A program made the position numbers and the translations under genes. Below are positions 19,404 through 24,000 of a stretch of DNA of 24,000 nt, piece after piece (the first letter of the stretch is position 1; every line of letters begins with the position of its first letter). The stretch covers positions 932,388 to 956,387 of the forward strand of contig NZ_CP007140.1 of the NCBI RefSeq assembly GCF_000816105.1, given 5' to 3'. Below the pieces are notes generated by a model. The model searched no databases. It was given only the letters and a program-made list of their open reading frames with translations, and was not told the origin of the DNA. The DNA is from Thermococcus guaymasensis DSM 11113 (GTDB lineage Archaea; Methanobacteriota_B; Thermococci; Thermococcales; Thermococcaceae).

Positions 19404-20248
19404 ACTTCCACACTCCCGTCGGGCTTTATCTCCACGAACGCCCTCCTGTTTGCCCAGCACTGGACTATCAAACCGACCGGAAAGCTCGCCGGGTGCCTGT
19501 GGGCGACCTCTATCTTGACGTCCAGGGCGGTCGTCTTTCCTCCCATTCCCATCGGACCGATTCCTAGGGCGTTTACTTCCTCCAGAATTTCCTCCTCAAT
19601 CTTCGCTATCCCCTCGTCCGGGTTCCTCTCTCCAACTCTCCTCAGAAGGGCCTTCTTGGCCAGCAGGAGGGAGTAGTCGGCGCCACCGCCGACGCCGATG
19701 CCCAGGATTGCGGGCGGACAGGGCTTTCCCCCGCACTCCCTGACCCGCTCGAGGACGAAGCGCCTCACCCCTTCCCAACCTTCCGAAGGAGTTAACATCG
19801 CCAGGGCGGAGCAGTTCTCGCTCCCGCCGCCCTTGGGAAGGATTGCTATCCTTATATCGTCACCAGGGACGAGCTCCCAGTGGATTACCGGGACGCCTTT
19901 ACCCGTGTTGTCGCCGGAGTTCTTCCCCGTGAGGACGTCAACGGCGTTGGGCCTGAGCGGGATTTCCTCGGTGGCCCGCATTGTTGCTTCCATAAGCCAG
20001 CCTTTAACTTCGCCGAGAAACGGGCTCTCAACGCCCGCCTCGACGAAGAAGGTTATCGTACCTGTGTCCTGGCAGACTGGGATAGAGTCCTCTTTTCCAA
20101 TCTCTATAGCCTTCAAAATGTTTTCAAGGTTGAAGCGCGCTACCTCGTTATCCTCTCTTGCGTGGGCATCCCTGATGGCAGAGACAACATCGTCGGGAAT
20201 CCTCGTAACGGCCAGCCTTATCGCCTCGACGATGGCATCGACAAGCAA
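19394..20248 (-). CDS. Class I (Fe-S) fumarate hydratase, alpha (catalytic N-terminal domain) subunit
   Basis: …SIPVCQDTGTITFFVEAG… matches the cluster-ligand region of this family. The only available start is TTG at 20248, preceded by AGGTGG 6 nt upstream, and an in-frame stop lies 6 codons further upstream. Confidence 0.85.
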   Translation of the reverse strand: MLVDAIVEAIRLAVTRIPDDVVSAIRDAHAREDNEVARFNLENILKAIEIGKEDSIPVCQDTGTITFFVEAGVESPFLGEVKGWLMEATMRATEEIPLRPNAVDVLTGKNSGDNTGKGVPVIHWELVPGDDIRIAILPKGGGSENCSALAMLTPSEGWEGVRRFVLERVRECGGKPCPPAILGIGVGGGADYSLLLAKKALLRRVGERNPDEGIAKIEEEILEEVNALGIGPMGMGGKTTALDVKIEVAHRHPASFPVGLIVQCWANRRAFVEIKPDGSVEVWQ

Positions 20249-20263
20249 TCGGCACCCACCTGT

Positions 20264-21556
20264 TTAAGACTGGGTGTGAGGGTTAAAAAGATTGACGCGA
20301 GAATTTAAAAGCCACTTCCATAGGGGGACGGCCTTAACCCTCAGTCCGTCCCGCCTTATTTCCCCCGAGTAGTCCCACGTCACCAGCGTCCCCCTCTTCA
20401 CACCAAACAGTTCCATAACCCTGAAAAGGTTCTCCACCTCCCTTGAAGCTACTTCATCCTCACTTGAGGCATACGTAACCTGTATGAGTTCGGTCTCTCC
20501 TTTATCCCTCACGACAAAGTCCACCTCGCCTTTGGTGTCCCGATAATGGTAGAGTTCAACACTGGGTCTCTTGTAATATTTGAACCGTAGGAGTTCAATG
20601 AAAACTGCGTTCTCCATGAGTCTGCCGATGTTTTCCGAAACATTTGGCAGGACAGCGTTGAGCATTCCCGTGTCAACTGCGTAGACCTTCTTATCGCCCC
20701 TCACAACTTCTTTGGGCTTGAATGAGAACTTGGGAAGCTCAAAAATCAGATAGGCGGATTCAAGGTACTCGACGTAGTTCTTCACCGTCTCGACGTTGCC
20801 GATTCCAAGGACGTTCTTAGTCTTGCTGTAAGTAAACCTGCCCGCGAAGTTCGAGAAGAGATAGAACGCGACTTCCTTCAGCTCGCGGACGTTTCTAACG
20901 CCGTAGCGGACTATAACGTCCCTCGTGATTATGTCGTTGTAGAGGTTCACGAGGTACTCCCTGCCAAAGCATAGTGCCTCCGGAAAGCCTCCGCGCTCGA
21001 TGTACTCCGTTAGAGCTCTCTTTAACCTTGCCTCGTCCCGCGTAGTCAGTACCTTTGGCTTAATTCCCCTGTAAGCTAAGAACTCCCTGAATGAGAAGGG
21101 CAGAAGGGTGTAGCTCAGATATCTCCCGGTCAAATAAGTAGAAAACTCCCTCGAAAGCAGGCGGGCGTTGCTTCCCGTTACCACCGTTGGGTATTCGTCC
21201 CTGAGAACCGAAACCATTCTCTCCCAGCCCTCGACCTCCTGAACCTCGTCGAGAACCACGTAATCAAACTCACCAAAAAGCTCGTAGCCCGCCTGCATGA
21301 GTCTCCTATAGTCCCCAATCGAAAAGCCCGCCATCGCGGGGTCTTCAAAGTTCACATACAGTGGTCTACCGGGGAGGGTCGCCGAGAGAACGGATTTTCC
21401 GGAACGCCTCGGCCCGGTTATTATGTGAGCCGTTGGGCTGAAGTTTTCCAGAATCTTTTCCCTCAGCTCCCGCTCGACGATGTTCTCCCTTTCGAGCTTC
21501 TCTCTCAGGGTCTCCCACTGGTCAGCCAAAACCCTCTTGAGCTCTTCAACGTTCAT
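20264..21556 (-). CDS. AAA-type ATPase of the COG1373 kind (AAA_14 N-domain plus DUF4143-like C-domain), 430 aa
   Basis: Walker A GPRRSGKS, Walker B VVLDEVQ, and a C-terminal GEVDFVV motif typical of the nuclease-fold DUF4143 region. The function is unknown. Confidence 0.8.
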   Translation of the reverse strand: MNVEELKRVLADQWETLREKLERENIVERELREKILENFSPTAHIITGPRRSGKSVLSATLPGRPLYVNFEDPAMAGFSIGDYRRLMQAGYELFGEFDYVVLDEVQEVEGWERMVSVLRDEYPTVVTGSNARLLSREFSTYLTGRYLSYTLLPFSFREFLAYRGIKPKVLTTRDEARLKRALTEYIERGGFPEALCFGREYLVNLYNDIITRDVIVRYGVRNVRELKEVAFYLFSNFAGRFTYSKTKNVLGIGNVETVKNYVEYLESAYLIFELPKFSFKPKEVVRGDKKVYAVDTGMLNAVLPNVSENIGRLMENAVFIELLRFKYYKRPSVELYHYRDTKGEVDFVVRDKGETELIQVTYASSEDEVASREVENLFRVMELFGVKRGTLVTWDYSGEIRRDGLRVKAVPLWKWLLNSRVNLFNPHTQS

Positions 21557-21579
21557 AGGACAAACTAGTTCAAACTCCC

Positions 21580-21585
21580 TATAAA
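21580..21585 (-). promoter_or_regulatory. TATA box (TTTATA on the minus strand) for the ATPase gene, leaderless geometry
   Basis: The minus strand reads AAACTTTATAGGG. The box ends 24 nt upstream of the ATG at 21556. Confidence 0.5.
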
Positions 21586-21586
21586 G

Positions 21587-21674
21587 TTTACCACCATACT
21601 GGCAAATTTCTAGTCGAAATCATACCACCATACTGGTAAACTTTTCCGGCAAACTTTGCCAGTATAGTGGCAAA
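21587..21674. promoter_or_regulatory. Array of three 20-nt palindromic operator-like sites spaced 34 nt apart
   Basis: Site 1 is TTTACCACCATACTGGCAAA (21587-21606). Site 2 is CATACCACCATACTGGTAAA (21621-21640). Site 3 is TTTGCCAGTATAGTGGCAAA (21655-21674), whose reverse complement matches site 1 at 18 of 20 positions. All fit TTTRCCA-N6-TGGYAAA. Confidence 0.55.
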
Positions 21675-21716
21675 GATTTGCGAGAACCGAAGATGAACTA
21701 AAGTGAAAGAAGGGCA

Positions 21717-22631
21717 TCAACCTTTGAGAATCTCAACGATCTGCTCTGCGACCTGGACGCCTGCCCTCATCTGGGCCTCCTCAGTTGAAGCGCCGATGTG
21801 CGGCGTTAAAACAACGTTGTCGAGCTTGGTGAGCGGGTGATCCGCCGGCAGTGGCTCCTCCTCGAAGACGTCGAGGCCAGCCCCAGCAATCCAGCCCTCC
21901 TTGAGGGCCTTGACAAGGGCTTCGGTGTCAACGACGGCACCGCGGGCGGCGTTGATGAGTATTGCCGTCGGCTTCATGAGCTTGAGCCTCTCCTCGTTTA
22001 TAAGGTGGCGGGTGGCATCGAGGAGCGGGACGTGGAGGGTAACGATGTCGCTCTCCTTGAGGAGCTCCTCCAGGCTGACGAACTTTCCTCCGACTTCCTT
22101 GGCCCTTTCCTCGTTCGGGTACGGGTCGTACAGGAGGACGTTCATGCCGAGGGCTTTCGCTATCTTGGCGACCTCGTAGCCTATCCTTCCGAAGCCGATG
22201 ACTCCGACTGTCTTGCCCTCGAGCTCGATACCCATGCACTGCTTCTTGGCCCAGACGCCTTCCCTCATCTTCCTGTCGGCGAAGGCTATCTTCCTGGCGA
22301 CGGCGAACATGAGCCCAACTGCCAGTTCGGCAACGCTCCTTGAGCTCGCTCCCGGGCTGTTGACGACCTTAATGCCTCTCTCCTTGGCGGCCTCTAAGTC
22401 TATGTTGTCGAGGCCGACGCCGGCCCTTCCAATGACCTTGAGCTTTGGAGCGGCTTCTATAACCTTCCTCGTAACCTTTGGCTTGCTCCTGACGATTATG
22501 GCATCAACGTCCCCGACAAGCTCAAGGAGCCTGTTCTCGTCGGGGTACTCCTCGTAAACAATTTCAAAACCGGCGTTTTTCAAAACCTCTATCGCCTTTT
22601 CGTGCAGCGGCGCCGCAACGAGAACTTTCAT
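21717..22631 (-). CDS. serA: D-3-phosphoglycerate dehydrogenase / D-2-hydroxyacid dehydrogenase, short form without ACT domain, 304 aa
   Basis: The NAD fold GVIGFGRIG, the catalytic region NAARG…D…TPHIGAST, and the N-terminus are typical of the archaeal SerA-type. Confidence 0.8.
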   Translation of the reverse strand: MKVLVAAPLHEKAIEVLKNAGFEIVYEEYPDENRLLELVGDVDAIIVRSKPKVTRKVIEAAPKLKVIGRAGVGLDNIDLEAAKERGIKVVNSPGASSRSVAELAVGLMFAVARKIAFADRKMREGVWAKKQCMGIELEGKTVGVIGFGRIGYEVAKIAKALGMNVLLYDPYPNEERAKEVGGKFVSLEELLKESDIVTLHVPLLDATRHLINEERLKLMKPTAILINAARGAVVDTEALVKALKEGWIAGAGLDVFEEEPLPADHPLTKLDNVVLTPHIGASTEEAQMRAGVQVAEQIVEILKG

Positions 22632-22634
22632 TTT

Positions 22635-23282
22635 TCATCCCCTCCTCTTTATTGCCATCAGCATGACCTGGTCGGAGGCGTCCTCCGCGCGGTCGGCTAT
22701 GTCCCCGATTTTTGTAAGAATCTGGTTCCATATTAATTTTGCGTAGGTTGTTATGGTCTCGCTCTCAAAAACCTTGCCTTTTACATCGTACTCAACTTCA
22801 TCAGCCTTTTCTTCGGCATCCTCAACTGCTTTGGCAAGCTCTATTGCCCTGTCAACGTCTGAATTCATGGCATCTACCGCCTGGACAAGGGTGGTGTAAG
22901 TCTCGATGGCGGCCTCTACAAGCTCCAGGATTTCGTCCTTCAGTTCCTTAGGAACCTTCGGCTTGGCCAGCAAAAGGGTGTGTGCCGCGCTCTCTGCAGC
23001 ATCTGCGACTTGATCAACAAGCTCGCTCAGCCTCACGTAGTCTCCCCGATTAGTGGGCAGAAATGCCCCCTCATAGAGCATCATCTCTATGCTCCTTCTG
23101 AGGGTATCGGCCTTGCTCTCCAGATGGTCAACCTCTCTCTCAAAAGCCCTCGCCTTTTCTAGGTCACCGTTCAGATAAGCAATAACAAGCTCTCTGAATG
23201 CCACAAGGGACTCATTGACGACCTTAAGGTGTTCGGCTATGGCTTCAAAAACACTGCTCTCTTTACCTCCAAATATGGGCAT
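22635..23282 (-). CDS. DUF47 / TIGR00153-type protein (distant PhoU homolog), 215 aa
   Basis: An all-helical, acidic repeat protein. Its N-terminus (…FGGKESSVFEAIAEHLKVVNESL…) matches my recollection of the family. Its stop lies 3 nt from the serA ATG. Confidence 0.75.
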   Translation of the reverse strand: MPIFGGKESSVFEAIAEHLKVVNESLVAFRELVIAYLNGDLEKARAFEREVDHLESKADTLRRSIEMMLYEGAFLPTNRGDYVRLSELVDQVADAAESAAHTLLLAKPKVPKELKDEILELVEAAIETYTTLVQAVDAMNSDVDRAIELAKAVEDAEEKADEVEYDVKGKVFESETITTYAKLIWNQILTKIGDIADRAEDASDQVMLMAIKRRG

Positions 23283-23296
23283 CTTTAACCCCCTGT

Positions 23297-24000
23297 CTAA
23301 ACTTTACTGCCGGGTTTATTTAGGTTTTCCTTCGCCTTGATGAGTGCCCACAACAGCTCGTTTCTTGGAGCCTCAAGGCCGACTGAGTGGGCGTATTCCA
23401 CGATTTTGCCGTGTATGTAGTCCACCTCTGTCCTCCTCCCGCGCATTATGTCCTGCAGGGTTGAGTTGTAGTTGTCCTTTGTCCTCTCTATCGTGTCCCA
23501 AAGGAGCTCAAGGGGGTGAACTTCGAACTCGATGCCGAGTTGCTGGGCGATTATACAGCCCTCCCTCGCTATCTCGATGGAAATTCCCTCCAGCTCTGGA
23601 ACCTCGTGGAGAACCCCGTTTTTGACTTCCAAAACCGTCCCCAGTCCGTTTATCACCGAGTTCACTATCGTCTTTGCCCACTTCCACCCAATAGCGTTTT
23701 CCGTGATCTTAGTTTCTATCCCCGCCTCGTTAAAGGCCCTCGCGACCTCCTCAACGAACTCTGCCCTTCCAGTTGGATACTTCCCGATGACGGTTATTCC
23801 TTTCCCTGTCCACTTAACGACTCCCCATTCAACGAGCATGGCCCCGTTGGTTGTTATTCCGCCTATCACGTTCGGCGTCAGTTTTAGGGCTAGCTCCTCG
23901 TTTCCGAGACCGTTCTGGACGCTTAAAATCCACGTGTTTTCCCCTATGCACCTTCTCGCACATTCCAGGGCCGTCTTTGTCGAGTACGATTTGGTGGTCA
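23297..24000 (-). CDS. panE: 2-dehydropantoate 2-reductase (ketopantoate reductase), C-terminal about 234 codons; the 5' end lies beyond the window
   Basis: The ORF-track start at 23869 is an internal GTG. Translating further upstream stays open to the window edge: …[54 protein letters not shown]… This has the KPR motifs SVQNG and …[14 protein letters not shown]…. Confidence 0.85.
   Translation of the reverse strand, partial: TTKSYSTKTALECARRCIGENTWILSVQNGLGNEELALKLTPNVIGGITTNGAMLVEWGVVKWTGKGITVIGKYPTGRAEFVEEVARAFNEAGIETKITENAIGWKWAKTIVNSVINGLGTVLEVKNGVLHEVPELEGISIEIAREGCIIAQQLGIEFEVHPLELLWDTIERTKDNYNSTLQDIMRGRRTEVDYIHGKIVEYAHSVGLEAPRNELLWALIKAKENLNKPGSKV

Noticed and set aside
21587-21674. 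Possibility that the three repeats are a mini-CRISPR array or a MITE
   Set aside because: There are only three copies of 20 nt, in mixed orientation, and each is internally palindromic. The intervening 14 nt are too short for spacers, and there are no cas genes or target-site duplications. An operator is the simpler reading, although a repeat-family search is still advised.

Overview
This is a core-chromosome segment of a hyperthermophilic euryarchaeon. It looks like Thermococcales, judging from the 16S-tRNAAla(UGC)-23S operon without a linked 5S, GC-rich rRNA with bulge-helix-bulge processing stems, archaeal TATA boxes, and the gene set. No search was possible, so the species is not called.

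Gene content, left to right:
- rfcL (partial) and rfcS
- a DUF457/YdjM-like hydrolase
- kbl
- a roughly 1.3 kb low-GC insert carrying one orphan, sequon-rich, membrane-anchored protein
- endA and rimI
- a FecCD-type ABC permease plus its ATPase
- a translationally coupled psmB / ASCH-domain / polytopic-membrane operon
- prs
- the rRNA operon
- trpS
- two small membrane proteins
- malic enzyme, convergent with a two-subunit class I fumarase
- a COG1373-type AAA ATPase
- serA, a DUF47 (PhoU-like) protein, and panE (partial)

Features added by reading the sequence that are not in the ORF track:
- two canonical dual-guide C/D box sRNAs (5315-5368 and 17482-17539) whose guides match sites in the 23S and 16S genes of this window
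- both rRNA processing stems
- the partial rfcL and an extension of panE to the window edge
- corrected starts for several genes

I found no CRISPR array, transposase, integrase or recognisable multi-gene defence system, so I cannot honestly claim a new multi-gene system. The most novel-looking signals are regulatory:
1. a leaderless 9-codon mini-ORF (MFGGCFWPW) in the trpS leader, with anti-SD and oligo-T elements, which is a candidate Trp-sensing attenuator
2. three 20-nt palindromic sites spaced 34 nt apart, abutting the TATA box of the COG1373 ATPase
3. the low-GC orphan gene, whose product ends in Cys-Gly-stop
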